Part shown: positions 13,270-24,999 of the stretch, piece by piece | How the letters are laid out: every line of letters starts with the position of its first letter | Position numbering within the stretch: the stretch's first letter is position 1 | DNA from: Azolla caroliniana | Lineage: Eukaryota > Plantae > Polypodiophyta | Assembly (NCBI GenBank): GCA_043228905.1 | Contig: JBHGNT010000015.1 | Location: 14,756,001-14,820,000 of the forward strand | DNA length: 64,000 nucleotides | Reading direction: 5' to 3' | Notes under the pieces: model-generated | What the model was told of the DNA's origin: nothing | What the model saw: only the letters and a program-made list of their open reading frames with translations | Database searches by the model: none | Made by a program: the position numbers and the translations under genes

Positions 13270-14830
13270 TAATCGATTTAGTAAGCTACATCCTATATGG
13301 GAGGACAAGTGGAAAAGGCAACCAGTTTGCTGGAACCCCTTGATTTAGGATGATTATGGTAATATGTTGGGAAGAAGGACAAGATTAAATTGGGCGGCGG
13401 TTGATGATGCATTTGCGCGTAATGTTAGTACTTGGTTGAACTTTAATCAATTTTCTAGGGATGTTAAGGAACAAGCTTTGAAATCAATAAGAGGTGGTAA
13501 GTTAATGTTCAAAGAGATAAGTAATGCTTGTAACAAGGTTTTGCCTTCTTTTATTTCAAACCATGTATGGTACGTGTCATTCTCTTCTTTTAATGTCTTG
13601 ATCATAGTTCTAGCCATACGTCCCATTCATGTCATACTCAAACGCCAATATTCGTATCATACTCATACGTGAAAAGGCTCCAAGTATGATTGAAATCCAT
13701 ACGCGGTACATAGATATATTATATATACATATGGTGTATATGGTGTACATAGTGTGTGTGTGTGTGAGGGGGAGAGAGAGAGAGAGAGAGAGAGAGAGCG
13801 TGTGTGATCTAGAGAGAGAAGCCCTGTTTTGCATGTGTGAGGAGACAGTGATTGAGTGTATATCTAGACTCTAGAGAGAGAGAGAGAGAGAGGAGCTATG
13901 GGTTTTGTCTGTGTGAGGGAGTATGTAATATGTATATTAGATATCTAGATTTTGTAGAGAGAGAAAATCTGTCAGTTCTCGTGTGAGAGAGAGAGAGAGA
14001 GTGTGTATGTGTGTCAGATGTCACTTCTATTCACAAAATATTATGAATATCAAAAATTAAAAAAACCAAAAAAAAGTAAAAAAAAAGAAAGAAGCCAAAC
14101 GAATATCGCGTATCATACGCGTACGTTTGCAAACGTTCGCGTACGTCCAGTAAATTGGACGTACGCGAATATTAGGAACTATGGTCTTGATTGGAGCAAG
14201 AGCTTATACGCCTAATGTATCCTTGTTGGTGTATGTAATGGCTTTCGAGGGAAAATTGCAATGGGTCCCTATGGAGGATGACCTTCTCAATTTAGTGGAG
14301 TGGAAGCCTATTAGGGTAGTTGCAAAAACAAGAAAGGTATGTATTATTGATCCCCATCCTAAAAATGTAAATCCTTTGTGGGATATTTGGGTTTGTGGTA
14401 GTAAACCCTTATTGGAGTTAGAGTGGGATCCAACAAAATGGTGGTGGAGAGATGTTAATGGTAAAATGGTTTCTTTCTTTAATTACTCTGTAAAATTAGG
14501 TAGGGAATTCCAACGAACGAGGAATCTAGTTATGCTGGTTGCAGCTAAGGTATTGTTAAGTAATAATATTCCTATATGCATTCAGTATTTGCGTTTTGGA
14601 AATGGTTATGGGCGTTGTAGATCGCAAAATCATTACGTTTAGATGGTTATGTGTCAATTATGCACTTCCAGTCTTGGAATGGATGCATATAAGTGAGGGA
14701 AACAAAACTTGCTCTTTTTGTGGGTTTCATTTGGAATCAATGCAACATGCTTTATGAAACTGTATGACTGTATGTTCTATTTGGAAACGTATGTTGCGCC
14801 TCATTGATGTTGTGTATGGACCTAATTTGA
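13270..14830 (+). pseudogene. Degenerate L1-like LINE ORF2 C-terminal region, interrupted by a hAT MITE
   Basis: Trp-rich ORF pieces 13364-13672 and 14181-14642, followed by a zf-RVT-like remnant CGFHLESMQHAL*NC near 14720-14765. Confidence 0.5.
13603..14183. mobile_element. hAT-type MITE
   Basis: TIR CATAGTTC...GAACTATG, perfect 8-bp TSD GTCTTGAT, internal (GA)n/(GT)n and CGTA-rich subterminal repeats. Confidence 0.9.
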
Positions 14831-14925
14831 TTATGTTAAGAGTCTATTACTAATCAACAGACCAAATAAAGTAAAAAGAAGGAAAATAGATTGGATAGAA
14901 GAATTGGTTCCACCCGACCACCCCC

Positions 14926-15896
14926 GAGCTGTGTGCACCGTGTATTTGTCCATTTTGTTGTTTTTGCGTTTTGTTTGTACATTTCGACATATCTTCTTCA
15001 CTGATTTATGATCCCATCTAATGAGGCTGAAGAAGTGGAAACGTCCGGAAGAGCTGGAGGAGGCGGCAAAGGCAGCAGAGTCAAGAAGGACATAGCCAAC
15101 CGAAAGAAGAAGGCCAGGACCAAGACATGGGCAGATGTGGTCAAAGGCCAGAAGGAAGGTGAATTGGAGATAGCCGATTCAGACAAGACCAAAGACGATT
15201 TAGAGATTGTCATGAGGAGTTTGATTCGGGAGAGTATGAAGGGCTTCACGAGCAGACAAGCTGACCATAGTGGTCGAGGTGCGTGGAACTAGATGAGTCA
15301 AGGAGTGTTGGACCGAAGGGGCCGTGGGACTAGACCGGACGAGGGGCACGACCAAGGCCTGAAGAGGCCAGAAGCTAGAACCGACTAGAGCTGACACATC
15401 AGGACCTTAAGTTGAGCTTGAGAGGGAGTGTTGAGCAACAAGCTCAACATGGGCCGGACTAGTTGAAGAAGCCGAGAGATGGATCGGATGAAGACTAATC
15501 GGCTAGGCCTGAATCGACTGAATAAGCCGAGAGCCGAATCGAACATGGGTCGATCGGCTGGCCAAGTCGGATGGAATTCGACATGCCATCAAGGGCCTAT
15601 ATTCCTATTTTAATAGGAATATTATATGTTGTTAGTGTTCGATGTTCATTTAATGAGCATTCAAGTACTTGTCAACCCACTCATCAGGGCTTGTATAAAA
15701 AGTGCTTTGTGAGCACATTGTACACAGTTGAGCACTGAGCATTTGTCTGTACTAGAATTTTTTTCTGCTCTCACTCAGTCTTACTCTCTCTATTGTACTC
15801 TGTGTTATGTGTTAACAAACTGTTCATCTTTCGGATAATCGACCGACTCTTGGTTCAGTACGAGTGGGTTTCAATCCACCCCTACGCCTATTAACA
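14926..15896 (+). mobile_element. 3' end of an LTR retrotransposon: internal remnant, PPT and 3' LTR 15429-15896
   Basis: PPT TTGAGAGGGAG immediately before TGTTGAGC at 15429. LTR ends TTAACA at 15896. TATAAAA inside. Confidence 0.6.
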
Positions 15897-16181
15897 AATA
15901 CTAATGAATGAACAAAACAAACTCTAAACCTAATATCAAAGGTGCACGAATAAGTTATACCTACTTAATCACTCTTAATAATTTAATATGAAGATTAATA
16001 AAAGAGGCAAGAAAGTAGAAGACAAGCATGATCAATGGTATTAAATGTAGATTGTAGAAAGTTACAATCGACCCAAATCCGTAAGATCGAAGCTTAAGCT
16101 TTGGGTTGTACTTACAATAGTGTAGAGAATTGGTGCCGATTCTGTGCAATGGAAGAATGGTGTGTGTGTGTGTAGAGATAG

Positions 16182-16677
16182 TGTCACAGACACACCAACT
16201 ATAGACTCGGACCGAGCACGGATGATGGGGCTAATGAAGTGGAACTTAAGAAACTGGGAATGACACAAAAGCATGAAGACAAAGATAAAGATCAAGGAGA
16301 CAAGATGGGGCAAAACGAGAATACTATATTAATGTGTCAATGATTGGTGTTGAATCCCTTAAAAGGGACCAAGGAGATTACAAGTATTTATACAAGTTCT
16401 GAGATTGAATATCTCTAGAATATACTTGAGAAATATCTCTAGAATATACTCGACAAATATCTCTAGAATATACCCATCTAGATTATACCATAGAATATTT
16501 CTAGAATATACTAAAGACTAGAATATTCTGGAATGTATCCATCTATATGTTAGAATAACAATAATAGATTGTTATATACATGCTCATATCGAAATGGTTA
16601 GGCATGACGACTTGTAGATGTGAGGTTGTAGGTTCAATCCTCACTTACTATATATTTGATATCATTGTGTCGTGACA
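16182..16677 (-). mobile_element. Solo LTR of the Tcn1-like/TRIM family
   Basis: TGTCAC...GTGACA termini. Flanks GATAG/GAGAG (4/5). The reverse complement aligns with the LTRs at 19740 and 21362 (TCTAGAATAT repeats, TATAAATA..AAGGGATTCAACACC). Confidence 0.85.
16582..16645 (+). promoter_or_regulatory. tRNA-like A-box/B-box cassette at the outer end of the solo LTR
   Basis: GAAATGGTTA ... GGTTCAATCC, with 35 nt from the second G of TGG to the G of GTTC (tRNA G19-G53 spacing). No intact cloverleaf. Confidence 0.6.
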
Positions 16678-19600
16678 GAGAGAGATAGAGCTCGTGATTA
16701 TAGAAAAAAATACAAAACTATATTAACAAGGAGACAAGAATGACCAACAACTTTAGAAGGAGAAGGAGAAGGTGCTTATGTAGTCACTATCTCTCTAAGT
16801 TGTCTTTTCTCTTACTAGTACCGCCTCTTGGGAAAGAGGTCGTGTCTTAACCACCTAAGGAATATGTGTCGTAGAACATTAACTTCTATGGCACACTAGT
16901 TACTATACAAGGAGGTGGGGTGTTCACACACTTGAGTATCCTAGAGTGTATTCCCACTCACGGGAAGTTGAGTTTGATTCTCAACATGCCCCTTCAAACA
17001 CAACATCCTGTCGTTTGATGGTTAGTTTGGGTAGGCTTTGAGTGGCCGGTTCACTCTTGCTCCTTACTTCCCCTTAAGCTCAACTGGTTGATTGTCGAAA
17101 GACCCAGGTTCATCGCGAACTACCGCAACTTGTGGACTCCGAGGGCCTTGGTGAAGATGTCAGTCGTCTATAGGTTCATGCTGATGTGTTCCAGGTCGAC
17201 ATCCTCGGCCAGAACACGATCTCGGATGAAGTGATAGTGCACTTCGATGTGCTTAGTCCAAGCATGGAAGATTGGGTTCTAAGTGAGGTGAATACTGCTC
17301 ATGTTGTCACAATAGAGGAGAATCAGATCCATGCTGGGAACACCCATGTCCTTCAATATTCACTTGAGCCAAACAACTTCACATGCGGCTACGACCACAC
17401 CCCCGTATTCGGTTTCGGTGCTCTACAGTGCGACTATTGGTTGTTTCTTACTACTCCACGATATGGCGCTGCTGCCGAGAGAGAAAGCAAATCCGCATGT
17501 CGATCATCGATCTGCTCTGTAGTCGGCCAAGTCTGCATCGGTATTCCTTGTAAGTCGAATTGGTGTGTCCGATCTGTAGAGGATGTCGATTTCCATTGTT
17601 CCACGCACATACCTTACCACTCGCTTAGCACAGCCGAGATGGACATCTCACGGAGTTTGCATGAACTGGCTAAGGAGGCCGACCGGGTAACTTAGGTCGG
17701 GTCGGGTAATTGTGAGGTAGATAGATGAGGCTTCCGACTAGTTGACGATAGAGCGTCGTCTCACACTCTCTAGTGTCAAAGTCGGCATCTAGCATTAGAT
17801 TTCGATTGAGAGGGGTAGTGACGGGCTTACATTGTGTCATCCCAAACTTGTAAAGAAGATTGAGGATATAGTGCCTTTGAGAAAGCATGATGCCGTTTGG
17901 AGTCCGAATTACTTCTATTCCTAGAAAGTAATGGAGCTCCTTCATATTGGTCATTTCGAATCAGTTGGAGTGGAGCTTCTTGATGTGCTCAATATCTGTT
18001 GATTGCTCTCCCCCTATGACCAAGTCATCCACATAAATGATGATAAATACTTCTCCTCTAGAGTCACTCCGGATGAGTAAAGAGTTGTCAGACTTGGACA
18101 TGTTGAAGCCGATTTGATGAAGATATTGTGTTATCTTCGAATGCCATGCTCTCGGTGCCTGCTTGAGACTGTAGAGAGGTTTTTTGAGTCGACAGACAAC
18201 AGTCGGATGAGTAGTAGACTCGAATCCAAGTGGTTGTACCATGTACACCTCCTCGTCTAACTCACCTTGTAGGAAGGCGTTCTTTATGTCCATTTGGTGG
18301 AGGTTCCACCCTTTTGCTATTGCGAGTGCAATCACGATTCAAATTGTAGTCATCTTTGCCACCGCAGCAAAGGTCTCTTCATATTGACACCGTGCATCTG
18401 TGAGTAGCCCTTTGCCACAAGGCGTGCCTTATACCGATTGACAGTACCGTCAATGTTGTGCTTCACTTTGAAGATCCACCGGCATCCAATTGCCTTTTGG
18501 TGCTGTGACGAAGGGACGAGATCCCATGTCTCGTTCTTGGAGAGTGCTTGCATCTCCTCATTCATCACTTCGACCCATATGGGATCCTTCGCGGCTTTGG
18601 AAAAGGTTTCTGGTTCTTGGATTGTCGTCACTTTCATCATGAGGCATAATGATATGCTATGTAGTTGTTGTAGCCAAATCGGCTTACTATGTTCTTCTCT
18701 CGAGTGGAGCGACGTGGTTCTCCTGGTGTCCTCATGATGGGCACATCTATCCACCACCATGCTCACTATCGGGTGAGTGATCCGATTCGTTTCTATCTGA
18801 GTCTTTGTACTCAAGCATTTTGGCCTTTCCTTTGTTTTGTTACGGACTCGGTTCCGACGTGATTTGGTTGCTCGGAGGCTCTTGCGATCCACTCAAACTG
18901 GTTGAGATTGGACTTTCCTCTTATGTGAGCTTCGGTTGATCATCCTCCTCTACATCTATGTCAAACTCACTTTCAACTGTGTCGGATGAGGTTGATTCGA
19001 CTGTATATCAAGATGCCGACTCGTCGAATACGACATCCCTACTCCCTCGCATCTTCTTGGTGGAAGGGTTGAAGCACTTATAACCTTTTTGCTCGAGTGA
19101 GTATCCTACGGGTATACATTTCTCCAACTTTGGATCGAGCTTCTATCGCTTCTCATCGGGAATATGTACATATGCTATTGAACCGAATATCTTGACGTGG
19201 GATAGATCCGGTTTCTTCCCATACTTTTCGCAAGGGGTAACAATTCATCATATAGACGGCCGTATTCACCGCTTTAGCCCAATATGACTTTGGCAGATGT
19301 TTCTCATTCATCATTGCCCTTGTCACCTCGAGTATGTGCCAGTTCTTGCGTTCGGCTGAGGTGTGTGTCAGCAGGTAAACTCCCGCCGAATTCCTTCTTG
19401 TCGAAGGTATGTTGTAAAGGAATCGGAGAAATACTTTTTGTCGCCGTTCAATCGAAGGCATCAGACATGTCGATCGGTTGCCTTTTCAACTTCGTTTTTG
19501 AACTTTTGGAAGTATCCGAACACTTCACTCTTCTGCCGCATAGGGTAGATCTAGGTATGTCTGGAGAAGTCATCGATGAATGTTAGGTAGCACCGACAAC

Positions 19601-19747
19601 CACTGAATGTTGTCGTCTAGGCTGGTTCCCATACATCTGAATGCATTACATCCAAGATCCCTTTGCTTATGTTCCTCTCCTTTGGGAACGATTGACAATG
19701 TTGTTTGTCGAATGGACAAGCTTCACACACGCCTGCTCTTGTCACAT

Positions 19748-19815
19748 TCTAGACTCGAACCTCTGACTTTTAACACACACAATACATTGTGTTGTGTTAA
19801 CCATATGGAAACTCT
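19748..19815 (-). promoter_or_regulatory. tRNA-like A-box/B-box cassette at the 5' end of the TRIM LTR (decayed second copy at ~21370-21437)
   Basis: Minus strand ATATGGTTAA ... AGAGGTTCGAGTC, spacing 41 nt with an internal ACACAATGTATTGTGT hairpin. Confidence 0.55.
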
Positions 19816-20769
19816 TGTGAATTGTCCACATTCGATTGTGAACTTGCATATATTGTAGAGTCTAGTGTATAGTACATTCGAGAATATTCTAGTCGTTAGT
19901 ATATTCTAGAATTATTTTGTGGTATATTCTAAACGGGTATATTCTGGAGATTTTCTCGAGTATATTCTAGAGATATTCAATCTCGGAAATTGTATAAATA
20001 CTTGTAACATCCTTGGTCCCTTTGAAGGGATTCAACACCAATCATTGACACATCAATCTACTATTCTTGTTCCATTCCATCTTGTCTCGTTCTTCATCTT
20101 TGTCTTCATACTCTCCATAGCTTCCTAAGTTCATAGTCTCATCACTCACAGATTCTAGAGTTCCTAGCCTCATTACTTCTAGTTCTATGTTCGTCATCTG
20201 TGCTCCGTCCTAGTATGCGCTTGGTGTGTCCGTGACAATTTGAATCCCTTCCAACTAGGAGCACCACCCATTTTCCTCATCGCCTTTGCTTCTAGAGTTA
20301 CCATCAAACCCGTCCTTGCTTCCGAAGTTACCATCATCAACCTTGTCTTCGATGTCATCATTTTCAGCACCTCTTTGCCCAACCATCATCGCCATCAACA
20401 CTACTTGTCATCATTTTTAGGTATCATTTTGCATCATGGTTTTGGTGAGGAGTGCTTTTGATCGCTCACCTTCCCAGTTCCGGTGGGGGTCACAACCGCT
20501 CACTTTCCTGGTGGGGATTGGATCATTGCTCGTTTGCATTGCATTTTCGTTATAGTTCAAGTCTCGCGCCACTTTCTGTTGGCAAGGCGATCGCTCACCT
20601 TCTAGGTTCGGTGGGGGTCACAACCGCTCACTTTCCTGGTGAGAATCACGTGGGTTTCTCGTTAATGCTACCATTTGTGTTGTGTCTTGGGTCAACCTCG
20701 ACTATTTACCCTCTCATAATAGAAGAAGTTGAGTCGACTGCTTCACTTGCACTCCTTCGCTTGTTGTTG

Positions 20770-21230
20770 TTCCAGTTCTCGGTGAGGGCCGCATGATTGC
20801 TCACGTCCGTTTGTGTTCAGTTCTTGATGAGGGTCACATGGTCGCTCACGTCCATTCGTGTTCCAATTCTCAATGAGAGCTACATGGTCACTCACGCCCG
20901 TTCGTGTTCAATTCTCGATGAGGGCTGCATGGTCGCTCACGCCCGTTCGTGTTCAATTCTTGGTGAGGGCCGCATGGTCGCTCACGCTCGTTCGTGTTTT
21001 CAATGAGGACCGCACATGGTCACTCACGTTCCAGTCCCCGATGAGGGCCACACATGGTAGCTCACGTCCATTCGTGTTCTAGTTCTTGTTGAGGGCCGCA
21101 TGGTCTCTCACGCCCGTTGGTGTTCGTGTTCCAACTCTTGGCGAGGACCAACATGGTCTCTCATGCCCGATGGTGTTCGTGCTCCCCGTGAGGACCACAC
21201 ATGGTCGCTCATGCCCATTGGTGTTCAATA
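20770..21230. repeat. ~41-bp degenerate tandem repeat inside the TRIM
   Basis: Unit GTTCGTGTTCAATTCTCGATGAGGGCCGCATGGTCGCTCACGCCC, roughly 10 copies. Confidence 0.85.
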
Positions 21231-22103
21231 CCTCATCTTCTAGAAGGGTTACTCCTTGTCTAGGATTTACAAAATACTTTGGACGTGGTCTAAGATTTTC
21301 ATCAACATTATCCCCTTAAGCCAAGGACCGGTTTGGGAAGGCAGTGTAAGAAGGGGGATAATATCACATTCTATACGTGAACCTCTGACTTTTAACACAC
21401 ACAATACATTGTGTTCTGTTAACCATATGGAAACTCTTGTGAACTGTCCACGTTCGATTGTGAACTTGTATATATTGTAGAGTCTAGTGTATAATACATT
21501 CGAGAATATTCTAGTTGTTAGTATATTCTAGAATTATTCTGTGCTATATTCTAAATGAGTATATTCTAGAGATATTCAATCTCGGAAATTATATAAATAC
21601 TTGCAACATCCTTGGTCCCTTTCAGGGGATTCAACACCAGTCATTGACACATCAATCTAGTATTCTCGTTTCATACATATTGTCTCCTTCTTCATCTCTG
21701 TCTTCATGCTCTCATGTCGCTCACAACTTCTAGAGTTCCTAACCTCGTCACTTCTAGCTCCAATTTCGTGGCCCGTCACTCGTAGCCCCATCATCCGTGC
21801 TTCATCCCAATCCGCACTTGGTGTGCCCGTGACAACTCTCTCCTTTTCGGTAAAAGTCGGAAGTCCGAAGACGACTCCTTTCGATTGCATTCCTTTGAGC
21901 TTTTAGAGGTTAATGTGGCCAATTCACTTGTGCCACAGTTCTATGTCGGCGTCGACTCTCTGGCCCTTGGCATACATTGCCGAGTTCATCTCGGTGGGAG
22001 TCGAGGATGAACATCTTACCTTCTCTCTGACCCCGAGCGATGAGTCGACTTTCTTTTTCGATGAAGCGTCCTCCATCGTTGAAGCGGACTTGCATGCCTT
22101 GTT

Positions 22104-22683
22104 CGACTATCTGGCCAACTGAGACCAAGTTCTTTGTTATTGTAGTCCAACATGCAGAACGTTCTTGATGTAGGTTTGATTGCCTTCTTCCCCAAATGGG
22201 ACATTGTCGATATGCTGAATGGGGCGAATTGTGTCATCCCGAGTTTCCACATAGCTGGGTCGTTCGGGCTTCCGTAGCTCCATGAACCAATCCTTGTGGC
22301 CTCGTGGGATGTCATGTGGTTGGATGCACCCGAGTCGACGAACATACATCTTCTGGTTTGGAGGTGTTGGTCGGGTTGGAGGTTGTCATCGAGCGACTAT
22401 CTGGCCAACTGAGACCAAGTTCTTTGTTATTGTAGTCCAACATGCAGAACGTTCTTGATGTAGGTTTGATTGCCTTCTTCCCCAAATGGGACATTGCCGA
22501 TATGCTGAATGGGGCGAATTGTGTCATCCCGAGTTTCCACATAGTTGGGTCGTTCGGGCTTCCGTAGCTCCATGAACCAATCCTTGTGGCCTCGTGGGAT
22601 GTCATGTGGTTGGATGCACCCGAGTCGACGAACATACATCTTCTGGTTTGGAGGTGTTGGTCGGGTTGGAGGTTGTCATCGAG
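22104..22683. repeat. 290-bp near-identical tandem duplication of the Copia protease region
   Basis: CGACTATCTGGCCAACTGAGACC at 22104 and 22394. The ORF track shows duplicated peptides. Confidence 0.9.
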
Positions 22684-24007
22684 TTCACTCTGTGCCTCAT
22701 CACAAACATTCCGCCACGATTGTCGTAGTCGGAGTTGGAGGCATAGTTTGTATGTTGTCGGTTTGTGGAGGCCAACTCACTCTTCTTTTTGCAACACTCT
22801 ACCTCATAGTGACCGAATTTACCACAATATACGCACTGAGCGGGATTGTTTTGTCGGAGGTTGGGTTAGGTCTGATTGCTCCCCCTTCTTCTGGATGCCC
22901 CGCCTTGGAAGTTCGACACGTGTTGTCGATAATAGAAGTTATGTTCTCGAGGTTGCTCTTGGTTATGTCGGCCTTGGCTGAATCGGCCTCTTCTTCCCCG
23001 ACCTTGTCCTCTTCCTCCATCAGAGTTCGAATAGAGCAGTTGTCCTTCTTGCGCATTGCTTCTTGTTCAAACATGATTCTCCTCGACTAGTTGCATGGAC
23101 TAGAGATTGAAGAGGGAGGGATGATTCTCCCTCGCGAGGACTGCCAAATGAATGCTCCGAACTGAGGTGCTAAGCCTCCGAGGAAAATCTGCACCATTTC
23201 ATTGTCGTCAATGCTAACATTGATCGACCCAAGGGCATCACACAACTCCGTGATCTTCAAGGTGTAGTTGTCGATTGACATGTCCCTCTGTTGTATATCA
23301 TTCAACTCTTGACGGAGTTGAAGCTTTCTTGGGGTCGTGTTGCCACGAAAATATTCTTGAGGTTCCCCCATGCCTCCTTTGGCATTTTGGCCTCTCGGAT
23401 GTAACCGAGCATGTGATCATGGATGCATGATGCAAGGTAGTACAACACACGACTCGCCACTAGCTCCCAAGCTGGGTAGTCAGCATGTGTTGGGTTGGGT
23501 TGATTCTCGTTTGCCGACAAGGTATTGGTGCATCTTGTACTCCCAAGATGCAAAGTTGTTTCTGTTGAGCTTTTTGGTAGGAAGAGCGCTTCCCATCTGT
23601 GTGTTCATGTCGAACTTCTTCTTCTTGTCCTCTTGATACGAACTGTGCAAGTTGTTGTTACATCGATCAACCGGTTCTTTCCAAAAAACTGTATTAACAA
23701 GGAGACAAGAATGACCAACAACCTTACAAGGAGAAGGAGAAGGTGCTTATATAGTCACCTTCTCTCTAAGTTCTCTTACTAGTACCGCCTCTTGGGAAAG
23801 AGGTCGTGTCTTAACTACCTAAGGAATATGTGTCATAGAACATTAACTTCTCTGACATGCTAGTTACTATACAAGGAGGTGGGGTGTTCACACACTTGAG
23901 TATCCTAGAGTGTGTTCCCACTCACGGGAAGTTGAGTTTGATTCTCAACAAATAGAAAGTAAATTAAGGAAGTAATTGTAGCTCAACAAAGAGGTTCAAG
24001 TTGTAAC

Positions 24008-24398
24008 TAACAATCGGCAACGGTTCGGTTTGAACCGAACAGAACCATTAAACTGTGGTTTAACAGCTTAACGATTTCAACGTTTCAATTCAGTTTCAAC
24101 AGTCAAAAACCACGGTTTAAATAGTTAAACGGTTTTTTATTTTTTATTTTTTATTTTTAAAAAATTGTTTTTAAACAATCATTTCATTTTTAGACCTTAT
24201 TCTCACATTTTGGGAACATCTTAAAAATTTTAAAAATTTTAAAAAATTAAAAATTTGACCTATGTTGAAAACCGAAACCGAACCACGAAACTGTAGTTTT
24301 TATGGTTTAATGGTTTAACGGTTTGGTTCAGGTTTCAAAAAATTTAAACGGTTCGGTTTGGACCCTCTCAAACTGAACTAAATCGTTGCCGATTGTTA
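24008..24398. mobile_element. hAT-type MITE
   Basis: 15-bp perfect TIR TAACAATCGGCAACG...CGTTGCCGATTGTTA, perfect 8-bp TSD GTTGTAAC, AACCG/CGGTT subterminal repeats. Confidence 0.92.
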
Positions 24399-24999
24399 GT
24401 TGTAACCTAAGTTCTTATACATATGCTTTTTATAGATTTTGCAATGTCCTTTGGCATTCACACTAAGCTCGACATCTCTTTACTATATTGTCCTTGTCTT
24501 TGTTCCTTTGTATCATCCTTTAGTTCACCTCTTCCTTCATCTCCGACGAAAATCCTAAGTATAGAATTGTTTATTACTACATTCTTAGACATTTTGATTT
24601 AAGAGAGAAAATATTCTATATGCCTTATATTCCTATTGTGTACTTTGATAGGTAGGAGGGACACATGATTAAGTTAATTGGATGATTAATGGGAAAATTT
24701 TAAAACATAAAAAATATCCTTAAATGCCTTATATTCCTTTTGTGTAGTTAGCTAGGTAGGAGGGCCACATGATTAAAGTTAATTGAATGATTGATGGGAA
24801 ATAAATGGATGATCATATTTGGCAATCATTATATGGTTGCATATTCTTGTGCCTTTTATTCTAGACATGGTTGCAATTGAGATGTGGAATGATTTTCCAT
24901 TAGACATCAAAACATGAATACTCCTAGTTTATTGAAATTTTAGCTTGGTCTGTGGCAAAGGTATCATTTACATGGCACATTATGATGGTGGCATTGAGT

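Larger units (their letters stand above)
19740..21834 (+). mobile_element. Non-autonomous LTR element (TRIM/LARD-like) nested in the Copia
   Basis: LTRs 19740-20237 and 21362-21834 (TGTCAC/TATCAC...GTGACA). TSD GCTCT/ACTCT. PPT AAGAAGGGGGATAA. Self-priming-type PBS TTGAATCCCTTC at 20240-20251. Internal region is non-coding. Confidence 0.9.
16714..23950 (-). mobile_element. Full-length degenerate Ty1/Copia LTR retrotransposon
   Basis: LTRs 16714-16986 and 23685-23950 (by eye ~13 substitutions and one 7-bp indel). Flanks AATAC/AATAG. PPT TTGAAGGGGCA. Gag (~23000-23620), protease FVDSGASNHMT, integrase, and RT with KAIGCRWIFK, HQMDIKNAFL, LKQAPRAW, IYVDDL; many stops and frameshifts. Confidence 0.92.

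Noticed and set aside
20770-21230. CRISPR-like array or coding ORFs in the TRIM interior
   Set aside because: Plain degenerate tandem repeat without unique spacers. The ORFs are repeat translations.
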